Shown here: positions 12,605 to 25,999 of the stretch, one piece after another
Layout: every line of letters begins with the position of its first letter
How positions within the stretch are numbered: position 1 is the stretch's first letter
Origin: Octopus vulgaris
Taxonomy: Eukaryota
Direction: 5' to 3'
NCBI GenBank assembly: GCA_951406725.2
Contig: OX597822.1
Coordinates: 74,710,001 to 74,774,000, forward strand
DNA length: 64,000 nt
Translations under genes and position numbers: made by a program
Notes under the pieces: generated by a model
Seen by the model: only the letters and a program-made list of their open reading frames with translations
What the model was told of the DNA's origin: nothing
Database searches by the model: none

Positions 12605-13591
12605 CAAAATTTAAAGTTATATCTTGAGATCGTTAGTGACAACAACACTCAAAATATATAACAGACTGGAATAGTAGTGCTCAAATGAGCTGTATACACT
12701 TTTTAATCCAAGGAGAGGCAATGCGAGCAGCAACTACAAGAGCACTACAAAATCCACAGAAAGATCAAATACATACATATATTCATATATTCATTTATAT
12801 TTACAGAACAGACATAAAGCCCGACGTTTAGAAATATATAGTAATATATAAATATATAAACATCATCTAAAAATATATTGTACGCATAAGATCCACTCGA
12901 CGTTCCATAAGAAATTTAGAAATAAAAATTGCAATAAAAGTTAGAGGTAACAATAACAATTGAATTAAATATAGTAAATATAGTAAGTAGTAATTAAATA
13001 TATTTTATTTTATTAAAATGATAATTAAATCGTAATATAACAATTAAAAGAAAAAATAGCAATTAGTATAAAATGTATCAAGGATTTGAACTCGAATATG
13101 TGGCTTTGCATGAATGGGAGAAATTAAAAGATGAAAAATTTGAGTGCAGAAGGGAATTAGTCCAGATGGAGCTGTGCGCATACCATTTACTATAGCTGCT
13201 AGATTGAATTATATGCTTATAAAGTAGCATTCAGTATCTATGAGAATATTTGGGAGTACGTAATGTCTGGTCTTTCGCATGTAGCAGGTATGTAATTGTG
13301 CATTTGTTTCCGTGTACTATGTGTTGTATGCAAAAAACATCCTGACGAGGGGAGTGTCAATTTTAATTATATGATATGTTTCATATTAATTGGTACATCT
13401 CCGAAACGGCCCGTAGATAAACTTTTATGTATTTTTTTAAATTTGTATATTTATCTTCTATGTATTTTTCTTTGGAATTTTAATTCGTCTTTTTAATATG
13501 TTATTGTATGTTTTATTACCCCAAATTTTTAATTTAACAAATTTATGCTAAACTAGCACTATGACCCGGCCACTCCGGGTCATAATGCTAG
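12315..13591 (+). mobile_element. Non-autonomous Helitron-like element
   Basis: 5' TC(TA)nAAA start followed by tgtctgtc repeats; 3' hairpin ATGACCCGG/CCGGGTCAT (13561-13583) then CTAG|T; A/T insertion site. Confidence 0.65.
13339..13418 (+). ncRNA. Type I hammerhead ribozyme motif
   Basis: ATC-CTGACGA-[long stem II GGGGA..TCTCC]-GAAAC-GGCCC-GTA-GAT. Stem I is ATC/GAT, stem III is ACGG/CCGT, cleavage triplet GUA. Confidence 0.8.
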
Positions 13592-13624
13592 TATATATAT
13601 ATATAAACACATATACATACATAC

Positions 13625-13661
<37 letters not shown>

Positions 13662-13958
13662 CATACATATATACATATATATATATGTGTATATATATAT
13701 ATGTGTGTGTGTGTGTATGCATGTATATATATATATATGTATATATGGATTTATATATATATGTATATATATATATATGTATATATATATGTATACACAC
13801 ACACACACAGATATATATATATATATATATATATTTACATATATTCAGATAAATATGGCACTTAGGTTGAGGCACCAGAATTTGGTATGCTATTATCCAT
13901 ACAATTTCAAAGGAGAATGATTAATATCAAAATAAGCAACAAGGATATCCAGAGGTAA

Positions 13959-14045
13959 TGCAGTATGATCGTTTCATGCAACTCCATTTAATTGAACAAG
14001 ACAATCATTGTATCAATTTAAAATGCAGAGCAATCTGCAGCTGCA
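13959..14045 (-). ncRNA. Degenerate hammerhead motif
   Basis: TGCAG-CTGCAGA-TTGC...GCAT-GAAAC-GATC-ATA-CTGCA; core mutated at two positions. Confidence 0.5.
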
Positions 14046-14381
14046 CAAAGACATAATCAAATTAGAACAGATGGACACATTAGTAAAATTTTACCTAACA
14101 TCTCCAAGAAGTTAAGGAGACAGAGAAAAAACATGCTGTTTCACTCCAGCATAGAAGTTACTAAGTTTTCAAGAAGATATGCATTGTTACAGTCTCTGCC
14201 TGTCACTGATTTTTTTTTTTTGCTTTTATGGGGACATTTTCAATTTGAAACAACCATATTGCATTACCGCTTATTTTGATTATACATACCTATATATATA
14301 GAAGGACTAAATTACAACAGGTATATAGCCCATTGTCTGTATTATAGTGCATTGTTGTACCATTCAAAACATTTTATTCTT

Positions 14382-14478
<97 letters not shown>

Positions 14479-15368
14479 ATATATATACATATATATATAT
14501 ATATACACACATACATATATATATATATACACACACACACACATAGATTTTCACTCAGACATCATTATCATATTCATTTTATGCTTGTTTTTCATGCTGG
14601 CATGGGTTGAACGAGTCATCAAAGTCTGAGTCATTTCTTAACCGGACTCACTGCTCTTCTAGGCTGGTGCTCATATTTGCCATTTGGCTTGGTTTCTGTG
14701 GATCTCACCATCTCCATTGACAACGATTGTACAGAAAGCACTGGATGCATTATAAAACCAATAAAGAGATTTTATTATTATTTTGTAACTTTTTAAGAAT
14801 TAAATATATTTTACAATTTTAAAAAAAATCCAAAAATTATTGATTACTAGAGAGCATTTGTTGATTTCTCATACTGATGTGAATTTATTGTCATGAATTT
14901 ATGAATGGGTGAGTGACTGTGGAGTTAAGAAGCTCACTTTGCAATTACATGTTTTCAAGTTTTGCTTTATTATGTACCACCTTGGGCAAATGTCTTTTAT
15001 AGCCTCAGGTGGACCAATTATCTTGTGAGTGAATTTGGTTGATAGAAACTGTGTGGAAGCCCTATAGAAAATGAACCTCCCCTAACTATTTTGACTATAT
15101 GTTTGTGCACACCTTTCAATGCAATGTATGGCAGAAGGATAGCAAATCTAACGGAGGCCTCAAAAGACATTTCAAGATCCACAAAGATCAGAACTTTTCT
15201 GCAGCTCTTGGTGGTCCAAATCGGATATGCAATCTATGTGGGTGTCTTTTCAAAACACATCGTCTGGTTTAAAAAGCCACATTAGATGCTATGATGGTTC
15301 TAAGGTGTAGGTACAGGAGGTGGTCAAACTCTGCATAAGTAGACAACCACCATGTATGTATATATTGC

Positions 15369-15399
<31 letters not shown>

Positions 15400-15791
15400 A
15401 ACTCTTTTACTTGTTTCACTCATTTGACTGTAGCCATGCTGGAGCACCACCTTTTGTCAAACAAATCGAACTGAGGACTAATTATTTGTAATCCTAGTAC
15501 TTGTTCTATTGGTCTCTTTTGGTGAACTGCTAAGTTATGGGGACATGAGCACACCAACATCGGTTGTCAAGCAATGGTGGTAGGACAAACACAGGCTCAA
15601 AGGTACACACACACAAATATGTATATACATATATATATACACAGAGAGCTTCTTGCAGTTTTCATCCCCCTAATCCACTCGTGAGGCTTTGGCTGGCCTG
15701 AGGTTTTAGTAGAAGATACTTGCCCAAGGTACTATGCAGTGGGACAGAGCCAGGAACCATGTGGTTGGGAAGCAAGCTTCTTACCACACAG

Positions 15792-15831
<40 letters not shown>

Positions 15832-16087
15832 CATACACACATTTAGGTGTTAAAAAGTTCCTGTCTTTGGGTAACAGAAAATACAGGAGGATCAGTTAAT
15901 CATGATTTTATCCAACTTATTCCCCTCTGAGATTCACACACTATTGCAGCAGCCCTTCAGCTTTTCTATGCCCCGTAAAAGAACTTGGAAGGTTAAGCTT
16001 CCAACTAGACCTTTCACGATACTCTTAAGGCCAGGAACTTTTCAGCACTCCCTTGTGTATCTATCTATCTGTCTGTCTGTTGATCTG

Positions 16088-16159
<72 letters not shown>

Positions 16160-16499
16160 CCTATGATGCTTGCATTATTACCTGATAATGCTTCTGTTGC
16201 ACATAACAAATTTTTAATCAACAGGCCAGCTAGTTGCAACATCACTGATTTTTTTTTAACACTTTTTCCCTTTATCAGTGGTGATGGATTTTGTCATTGC
16301 ATAGAGTTGCCAGTTGGTACATGATGCTGATAAAGCCTCAAGGGGCAGAAATGTGCATCCAGCATTCTCACCATTGCTACTGGATGAATTTTGTCTGCTA
16401 CTGATATATTTTGTGTTTTTTAACACAGTACATTCATGATATATTATCTCCAGATGAATATCAGAGTTCATTTGGCTTTCCATGATCATTTTGATCTAA

Positions 16500-17760
16500 G
16501 ATAAGAGTCAAGGACTTGAGAATAAAGGAGTTCTGGGGGTATTTGCCAAATTATTGTTCTGTGGCTTGCAAAAAATATTTAGAGTTATATCATTCTTATG
16601 ATTATGCAACAAGACTAAATATTCAGCATTATTATTTTGCAACAAGAATTCAAAATGTCCATTGTTGAAATTATATGTAATTTCTCCGTAATACAGGAAT
16701 TGCATCTTGTCTTGTCCCTCATATTTACTGACTTTGACTATGATGCCCCTGTTTATTTGGGAGTTGACCTCATTGATATCTTTAAGGCTCCATACCATTT
16801 TAGACAAAGAAGCTGCATGTCTTTTATTCTTGTCTCTGAATGAGGTTAAATACTGCATGTATCTTTTCTGGAGGACATTTCCAGTCTTCTGTGATCCTGT
16901 CTATATCATTGATATTAGTCTTATAAACCAGTTCTTTTTCCTGACTCTTAATATTAAGGGGACAATTAACAGTGAATCTACAGCTACAAGATTTATGTGG
17001 AATGTTTCTAATGTTGTTCTTTTTATTGTTATTAAAGATCATGGATCCTTTATTGAGGAGGAAGCTATAGCTAACTCTAACTGTATTTCTATTCAAGATC
17101 TAGTGGTATTTATGTGGACATGGAAAGTGGATATCAATAAATTTCAGAAATTGCCTATGTTTGTAACCATGTTCGTGTTGTATGGAGGGTTATGCCATGA
17201 AATTTTTCTATGACTACGTCTTTCTGACCTATATAAGTCTGGTTCGATATAATACATATTGTTCTCAAAATTAGATCTTTCTAATATGGTGTTGTCGCAC
17301 GGGGCTGTCTTTTTTGAAGATTACTTCATTAGAGGATAGATTGGAAACATGCCTGCTTATGCTATAACCTAATTGTTTAATGATCGATAGAGGATGGTTA
17401 GAGTCTCTATCAATGTAAGAGTTATCTTCATTAGGTTCCTGAAAAAGTTTATACTTGTTTGCTCTAAGGCTCATATTAATACCAAGGAAACTAACTTCTT
17501 TAAGATTAGTACCAAGTGAGATTTGCAGTTTGAGTTGACTTAGTGTCTTACATACATTTTTCCTTATTTTATTCATGTAATGTACTGCTCCAAACTTGTC
17601 ATCTATTTATAATATATGTTAGCATATTTTATTTCAATGTTAAGTATATGTAGGATGTAAAGGTCAGCCACATCCACTATCTCTGTTCCATCATGGCTCC
17701 TCATAGCAGCATCAAATAGCTCATTGACATTCTTTTTCACCCAATAGGCGTGCAAAAAAG
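16500..17760 (-). mobile_element. Degraded Penelope-like element (RT + GIY-YIG endonuclease)
   Basis: Frame fragments FDAAMRSHDGTEIVD (cf. FDVTMGSYDGAEVCE), VSFLGI...YIDRDSNHPLSIIKQL, CSCRFTVNCPLN, SFRDKNKRHAASLSKMVWSLKD; frameshifted. Confidence 0.85.
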
Positions 17761-17814
17761 TAACGAATACACAAACACACACACACACTGTGTTTGTGTG
17801 TATGTATGTACGTA

Positions 17815-17861
<47 letters not shown>

Positions 17862-17964
17862 TTATATATAACATTGTTTTTTATACTTACCACAGACTAT
17901 TCAAAGCTTACAAACTTCCTACACTTAGATCATTGGATTTTATTACACAGACACACACACACAC

Positions 17965-18004
<40 letters not shown>

Positions 18005-18365
18005 TTTATTAAAGCTGCAAAATTATCACAGACGTGTTATTCAGATTTTCACATTCCTGTTCGTCGGACATTTGTGATGAATACACCTGTGTGTGTGTGC
18101 GCATGTGTGTTTGTGTGTGTGTGTAATATCTATCTATCTATTTATGTATCTATCTTAATAGATTCCACTCCTCATCGATTTTGATATATGAGGATCCAAC
18201 AGCCAACTGTTAGAATGCTCACACAGATGATTTGTTTTCAGTTTTGAAAGCTTGTGTAGAACCAGCCACACACTTTGGAAATATGGAGATCAGAAACTTG
18301 GTGCAAATGTTTCCTCAAAACCTCATTGAACAACATACCTCAGGCATTTGTATCAGATTTTCAGA

Positions 18366-18762
18366 GGGCGGCAAGCTAGCAGAATCATTAGCACGCCGGG
18401 TGAAATGCTTAGCGGTATTTCGTCTGCCGTTATGTTCTGAGTTCAAATTCTGCCGAGGTCGACTTTGCCTTTCAACCTTTCGGGGTCGATTAAATAAGTA
18501 CCAGTTATGCACTGGGGTCGATATAACCGACTTAATCCGTTTGTCTGTCCTTGTTTGTTCCCTCTGTGTTTAGCCCCTTGTGGGTAGTAAAGAAATTGGT
18601 ATTTCATCTGTCTTTACGTTCTGAGTTCAAATTCCGTCGAGGTCGACTTTGCCTTTCATCGTTTCAGGATCGATAAATTAAGTACCAGTTGTGTACTGGG
18701 GTCGATCTAATCGATTGGCCCCCTCCCGCAAAATTTCGGGCCTTGTGCTTAGAGTAGAAAAA
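18366..18762 (+). mobile_element. SINE family B (representative copy)
   Basis: GGCGGCAAGCTAGCAGAATC...GAGTTCAAATTC..GAGGTCGACTTTGCC; internally duplicated. Clusters at about 28500-28730, 29645-30890, 32150-32570, 43880-44100, 45670-45890, 53960-54190, 56980-57195, 59605-60410. Confidence 0.88.
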
Positions 18763-19135
18763 CTTTGCATCCGTTTTTCATCTTCTGGATAAGTTACGTT
18801 TGACGCAGTTCAGAGCTTAAAAACACCTTTATAGGCTAAATGTGCGCATAGGTATCAAATCATAAATTTCTAACTCCTTGTGCATACACACACATATCAT
18901 GTAATTGGATAGCTGTTCATTCTTCTGAATTCATCTGCTCTTCAATGGGTTGTGCTTTTCATCCTGCAGTTTGTCTAAAAGTCTTCTTACCTGCCAAACA
19001 GGCTTAGTGGTGCTGTTGGTTTAGTTGTCAATGACCTGACCATGAAACAAGTTGTACTGGTTACATGTTACCAGTAGCACAAAAGAGTAACACACACACG
19101 CATGAGTCTCTATACATCTCTACACATGCACATAC

Positions 19136-19166
<31 letters not shown>

Positions 19167-19315
19167 TACATACAGTCACACACCTATGCACATGTACACA
19201 GACACATTAATTTTTTATGCTCATATATATATCTAGATACATGTAAATAGCAAGTATTCAAGAAACCAACGTTTGTTTCTGACTGCAATCAAATTAAATA
19301 CATACATACATACAT

Positions 19316-19406
<91 letters not shown>

Positions 19407-19465
19407 TATACACACATATACATACATACATATCTATATACATACATACATACATACATACATTC

Positions 19466-19512
<47 letters not shown>

Positions 19513-19837
19513 TATATACATATATATATGCATATATGGATACAGGATGTCATAAACAGTAAACAACATGAAATACGAAAGCAAATGAGTTCAATATGTA
19601 AACAACGAGAGAAAGAAATGGAAAACAGGAGTAGTAACATAAAGAACGACCTTTCATCAGTTGTCAGCTGTCTATCTAATCCTCATTTCGAGCATTGAAT
19701 GACAAGATGAGTCTTCAAAGGCAGTTGCTTCCACAAATACCAAAATAAAATTTGGGATTTTTGGAGGGTCAAAGTTGGGAACAAAAACAGGACAGTGGAG
19801 ATGTACAAGGAAACTGAATGAAAACAAACATGGAGGG

Positions 19838-19882
<45 letters not shown>

Positions 19883-20009
19883 CATACATATATATGTATG
19901 CATATGTGTGTGTTTGTGTGTGTATATATATATATATATATATTTATTATAAATAAATATAATAAATATATATATATATATATAACACACACACAAACAC
20001 ACACATATG

Positions 20010-20104
<95 letters not shown>

Positions 20105-20316
20105 CATATATATATATATATATTTATGTATATACACACATGAAAAGTATATGAATATTTAGATTTTACACTTTCAGTTGTTTCCTGTATTTATCTTTAT
20201 TTCTAAAAATATTATTGATTACAAGCTTGAAATTTCGTGAATGTTTGCAATTGCTGGCTGATAACCGAATGTTCAGAGCAATTAGTTAGTCCAGGAAGAA
20301 GCAGAAGATAAATCAA

Positions 20317-20330
20317 TCAAGTAGTGTATT
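20317..20330 (-). CDS. Probable terminal coding exon of the SRCR gene (EYTT*)
   Basis: Acceptor ttttcgttgcag|AATACACTACTTGA is phase-compatible with the previous exon. AATAAA on - at 20196-20201. Confidence 0.65.
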
Positions 20331-20574
20331 CTGCAACGAAAATACAAATTGAATGTTTTAACACAGATGAAATGCTGAACAATATATGAGTAACATAATG
20401 ATAACGACAGCAACAATAGCAACAACAATAATAATGCTCTAAAAGTTTGGGCACTGGGCCAGCTGTTTTTGGAGGAAAGGGGAAGTTGATTATATTGATC
20501 CCTGGTGTGTAACTGGTACTTATTTTATCAATCCTGAAAGAATGAAAAGCAAAGTTGACCTCGGCGGAATATGA

Positions 20575-20920
20575 AGTTAGAGTTGCAGTCGTGGTCCTTG
20601 TCGGTGCCATGTAAACCTATAAATCGTCGGGGTTGATGCTGGGGCCATGTAAATTGGTGCCTGGGAATTGATAGTCGTTGGCGGTTCCATATAAATGGCA
20701 CCTGTGAGTCGTGGTAGCTGCCAGTGCCATGTAAATGACACCCGTGCATTGTAGTCTTGGTCGTTGCTAGTAAATGGCACCCACCTATGAATTGTAATCA
20801 TGGTCACTGACCGTGCCAAGTAAATGGCATCTACCTATGAATCATAGTCATGGTCGTTTCTGGTGCCATCTAAATGGTACAGCACCTGTGAGTTGTGGTC
20901 ACTGCTGATGCCATGTATAT
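20575..20920. repeat. ~39-bp minisatellite
   Basis: About 9 degenerate units of gtcgtggtc...gtgccatgtaaatggcacc. Confidence 0.85.
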
Positions 20921-21657
20921 AGCCTTACATTTTCATATTATTGTGTATTAAGTGTAGGGAGCAGAGTGGATTTGCTCCCTACACTCAACAAACAATAATA
21001 TGGAAATGTAAGGGGACATCTTTTCCCACCTCCAATGAGATTCAACTTCAAAATGTTTTTAATTATACTAATTAATTTCTAAAGTCTTGAATCGAAACAA
21101 TTGTCAGAGATGATGTCCAATTTTGTAATTAATAAATAATTACTAATTTAATTATCTCTTACAGTTGAATATGAAACATAATATTCAATACTTCTTGTAA
21201 TAGGTAATAAACCAGTATATTCATTGAATTTTATTATCCCTTAATGAGGTTTTTAACCTTTAATTGAACTTATCTATCTATATATATATATATATATATA
21301 TGATGGACTTCTTTCAGTTTCCGTCTACCAAGTCCACTCACAAGGCTTTGGTTGGCCAGAGGCTGTAGCAGAAGACACTTGCCAAATGTGCCATGTAGTG
21401 AGGACTGAACCCGGAACCATGCGGTCAGTTGGGAAGCAAGCTTCTTACCATACAGCCAAGACTATATATATATATATAAGAAATACCTTTGGAGTTGAAG
21501 TAAGATCAATGAAGTGAAATTACTACAACTAGGAATCAAAATATGAGCACAAACTTAGAAGCTTACTTCTTCCTTCCATATGATGCTCACCAATTTAAAA
21601 CAGCTAAAAAGAAAATTTTAAATCCTGGGTAAAAACTGTGTGAATACAGTAACTTAC

Positions 21658-21821
21658 CACATATGAGTCCAGCATCTCTGGAATGGTCACAATTTGTTGA
21701 TTTCCAATCACTTTTATTGCATAATGTTATTGATGATTCGCTTCCAGTACAATTGACATTTTCTAACCAAATCCAACCAGACCCTTGACCAAAACGTCCA
21801 TCAGTAATTGCTTGGCCAGTG
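21658..21821 (-). CDS. SRCR domain 10 C-half exon
   Basis: 164 nt, TGQAITDGRFGQGSGWIWLENVNCTGSESSITLCNKSDWKSTNCDHSRDAGLIC. Confidence 0.95.
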
Positions 21822-22587
21822 CTGAAATATATTAAAAAAGATGTGTATTAGAAATAGTAATTACTTGGTCAATAATAGAGATATTTGCCAGAGGAACATA
21901 AGACAATGTTGAGTATTGGAAATCCTTGTCAAGCACTGTATAAAGCAGATTAGTCAATTGGGTACAGAAAGGCTTTATAACAAACTAAAAAAAAAAAAAT
22001 TATTGTGTCTGGGGAGAATCATTCTCTTTTAGTGCCTTATTATTTAACACACTCACTGGTTCGATTTTCACTCATTTAGGTATTTATTATTTTCTAAGGC
22101 CAGCAATTTTTAACAAGTGGGGGGAAGTCAGCCATATTGACTTCTGCACTCAGTTGATACTAATTTTATCCTTTCTAAAGGAATGGAAGGCAACTTCAAC
22201 CTAGGCAGAATTTGAACTCAGAACGAAAAGACAAACAATATGCTGCTAAGCATTTTTGTCCCATGTGTTAACGATTCTGCTAGATCGCTACCTTAACAAA
22301 CTAGAAAATATTAATATCACTAAATTCTTTCTCTACACATTTTCTTCCACCCCACCTCTTGCTATCTAATCCCACCTTGTCATGTTTTAAAGCCTCATTA
22401 AGCACATTCGGTACTCTTTTACTCTCTTACTTACTCTTTGTAAGCCTAGTACTTATTCTATTGGTCCCGTTTGCTGAACCGCTAAGTTACGGGGATGTAA
22501 ACACACCATCATCGGTTGTCAAGCGATGTTGGGGGGACAAACATAGACATACAAACATAAACACACACACACACACACATATATATA

Positions 22588-22659
<72 letters not shown>

Positions 22660-22963
22660 CATATATATGACGGGCTTCTTTCAGTTTCTGTCTACCAAAT
22701 CCACTCACAAGTCTTTGGTCAGCTCGGGGCTATAGTAGAAGACACTTGCCCAATGAATGAACCCAGAGCCATGTAGTTGGTAAGCAAGCTACTTACCACA
22801 CAGCCACTCCTTAATTCACTTAATTATGAAACAGCGAGTGTGTTTAGTGCATATGTCCTATAAAACCAACACAATATCCTCAAGCATGGTATACTGATGT
22901 CTTCACTATCTGCTATGTTCTGTCTTCATAATGATTAACATGTTAGAAATATGTCATACTTAC

Positions 22964-23108
22964 CTAAATCCCAACATTCGACAGACAACATGGGCATCAT
23001 ATTGGTCCCAGCTGGTATTACAAACTGTTCCCCAAATACCGGCATAGTTGAACTCAATGCGGCCTTCACGTGGGGTTTTACCTCCAATCAGTCTCCCTTC
23101 TAGATGAC
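22964..23108 (-). CDS. SRCR domain 10 N-half exon
   Basis: 145 nt, HLEGRLIGGKTPREGRIEFNYAGIWGTVCNTSWDQYDAHVVCRMLGF. Confidence 0.93.
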
Positions 23109-23784
23109 CTTCAGACAAAATAAGATATTATTTCACAGACGTATAACATTGGAGAAGAAGCAAAAATAAATAAAATATTATCATCGACATTGTCTATACA
23201 TCAACTTTTCTATGCTGGCATGGGTTAAGCAAAGTTTATTGAAGAGGAATTTCTATGGCTGGATGCACTTCCTGTCTCCAACCCTTGCCTGTTTCCAAGT
23301 AAAGTTATATTTCCCTATGACCAGACATGTTCTTGCAGAATATATGAAATGAATGTCAAACTGTCCAACCCATGCCAGCATGGGAAAGAGACGTTAAATG
23401 ATGATGAGAAGGAAACATCAAAATTTGATCTGATATCAGTTGTTTACCTGTTTATAATACATTATAACTTATTTTGCTCTGTCAGACGAATTTCTAATTG
23501 GAAGTTCCTTACATATTTATCTAACATAGAAATCTTTGTAACTCCTATTAGCAAAAGAAACATGTGTAATGGAGAATAAATAATACTAAAGAATTACCAC
23601 TTTCCTGCTTTATTATACAATAACTCTGAAGATAATATTTCTATAATTTTCAATTTTAATATGTATTTTGACAAACATGCAGCAGCAACCATATATACAT
23701 ATCAATTGCAATAATACAATAAACAGCTGTGCTTCAAGAAGAAACAGCTGGGATTTATCCAACCTACCTACCTATATATAGTGG

Positions 23785-24108
23785 AGACACAATGGCCCAG
23801 TGGTTAGGGCAGTGGACTCGCGGTCATGGGATCACAGTTTCAATTCCCAGACCGGGCGTTGTGAGTGTTTACTGAGCGAAAACACCAAAAGCTCCACGAG
23901 GCTTCTGCAACTTTCTCTCATTCTTTCTTTCTATTTCTTTTGTACCTGTATTTCAAAGGGCCAGCCTTGTCACACTCTGTGTCATGCTGAATCTCCCTGC
24001 ATGTGTCTGTGGAGTGCTCAGCCACTTACACGTTAATTTCATGAGCAGGCTGTTCCATTGATCAGATCAACTGGAACCCTCATCATCATAACCAACGGAG
24101 TGCCACGA
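23785..24108 (+). mobile_element. SINE family D
   Basis: GGCCCAGTGGTTAGG...TTCAATTCCC head; related copies at about 34085-34190(-), 56600-56925, 61665-61790 and 745-880. Confidence 0.7.
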
Positions 24109-24113
24109 TATAT

Positions 24114-24150
<37 letters not shown>

Positions 24151-25499
24151 CATATATACATTGAGGATATGAGCAGTTTTCAACAGGATGACTCAAACTA
24201 GTAGGTATGCATTCTGAGTGCTCAAATAGATGTGCCACCAAAATTTTAGTTAGAATAGTGATTTAATTTGTGGTTGTGTGATTTTCTTGTTCAAAAACAG
24301 CTGAAGGTGGCATCCCTTTGAGTCAGTATGCATAAGTTAAAGTAGTGAGGAAAGGCAAACGGTTAGGTAATGCAGGACAAGGTCATTTGATTTCATTTAA
24401 TTCATTTTAAAATTTAGCAACATAACGAATGGTAAAGATAGTCTCTGACAGCTGTTTCTGGGATATCCCAGTTATAGGAGCATTGTATCAAGCGAAGATT
24501 CTGTAAGTTGGGTTACCCATCAGCGGAAAGATGTACGTTAATGAAAGAATGTTCCTCATCATTTATGTAGCTAAATTTAGATTGAATTAAATGAAATGAA
24601 ATGGTGTCATCCAGCATAGCCTAATTGTTTGACTTTTCTCACTAAATTCCACTTGGAATTAGTCAATCTAATGCTGTAGTAGTAATAGTAGTATAGACTC
24701 TGTGACTCTACCCAGTGTGTCATGCCACAGTATTAGTCCAGAATCTGCATAGTTGTGAAGTAAACAAATTATCCACACTGTCATTACTGCACCCATTGAC
24801 TATATAAACATGCCTTATATGGAATTATAAATTATGTAATTATGTAACTATTTCTGTATTTGACCTGAAATAATTAGTATTTTTTCCGGCATACAATTTA
24901 AGTTTTTCCAACCAAAATTTACAGCCCGCCAAAAAGGTAGGTTGACATCCACACCAAGATGGCTTTAGGGGACCACAAATTGCATGTGAAATGTAACAGG
25001 GTTTGTGAAGATAATGATAATGTTTCAATGTTTTCATTACATGTTTACACGATGTATAACATTGATTTGTATGCTGGGAAATACAGTATCGTACTTGATG
25101 TCATGAAAATTTATAAACTTTTGAGAGAACATGAAATAATTCTGTTTTGAAACAAGTGAATCTCGAAGCATACATAAAACTATAAATAATATTTAAATAT
25201 TAGGTTGAAAATCTCTTTTAGATGGAAAATATTGGAGATAGAATACCTGTCATATCTACTGGAGGTTGGGTTTATGCTCCTGAGACAAACTTCAGCATTT
25301 TCAATTGCAAAATGGATTTTTCAACCTAATATTTACAGGCGTAGGAGTGGCTGTGTGATAAGTAGCTTCCTTATGAACCACATGGTTCTGGATTCAGTCC
25401 CACTGCATGGCACCTTGGGCTAGTATCTTCTACTATAGCCTTGGGCTGACCAAAGCCTTATGAGTGGATTTGGTTGACAGAAACTGAAAGAAGCCCATC

Positions 25500-25550
<51 letters not shown>

Positions 25551-25835
25551 ATACGTTTGCGTGTCTGTGTTTGTCCCCTCAACATTGCTTGACAACTGAT
25601 GCTGGTGTATTTGCGTCCCCGTAACTTAGCAGTTCGGCAAAAAGGGAACCGATAGAATAAGTACTAGGCTTACAAAGAATAAGTCTTGGGGTTGATTTGC
25701 TTGACTAAAGGTGGTGCTCCAGCATGGCCACAGTCAAATGACTGAAACAAGTAAAAGAGTAAAAGAGTATACTTTCATTAACAGCTTTATGAATGCTTCG
25801 AGATCCAGTTCTTGAAAAGGAAGTGTTATACTTAC

Positions 25836-25999
25836 CACACTGTACGCCGGCTGCATTTGAACTCGAGCAGTGAGTATCACCCCAATTACTTTTGTGACAT
25901 TGAGTTAGTGATATTTCATGTCCAGTGCACTTGACGTTATCTAACCATACTTTATGGAAGATTTGGCCAAAGTTGGAATTGAGGAAAGCAACACCATCT
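25836..25999 (-). CDS. SRCR domain 9 C-half exon
   Basis: 164 nt, DGVAFLNSNFGQIFHKVWLDNVKCTGHEISLTQC...CSSSNAAGVQC. Confidence 0.95.

Noticed and set aside
18940-19060. Minus-strand donor (CAG|GTAAG at about 18990) as a further SRCR exon
   Set aside because: No convincing acceptor or protein motif; lies past the likely stop and poly(A) signal.
20575-20920. CRISPR-like periodicity here and at 3405-3740 and 6790-7140
   Set aside because: Degenerate tandem units without unique spacers, eukaryotic context, no cas genes.
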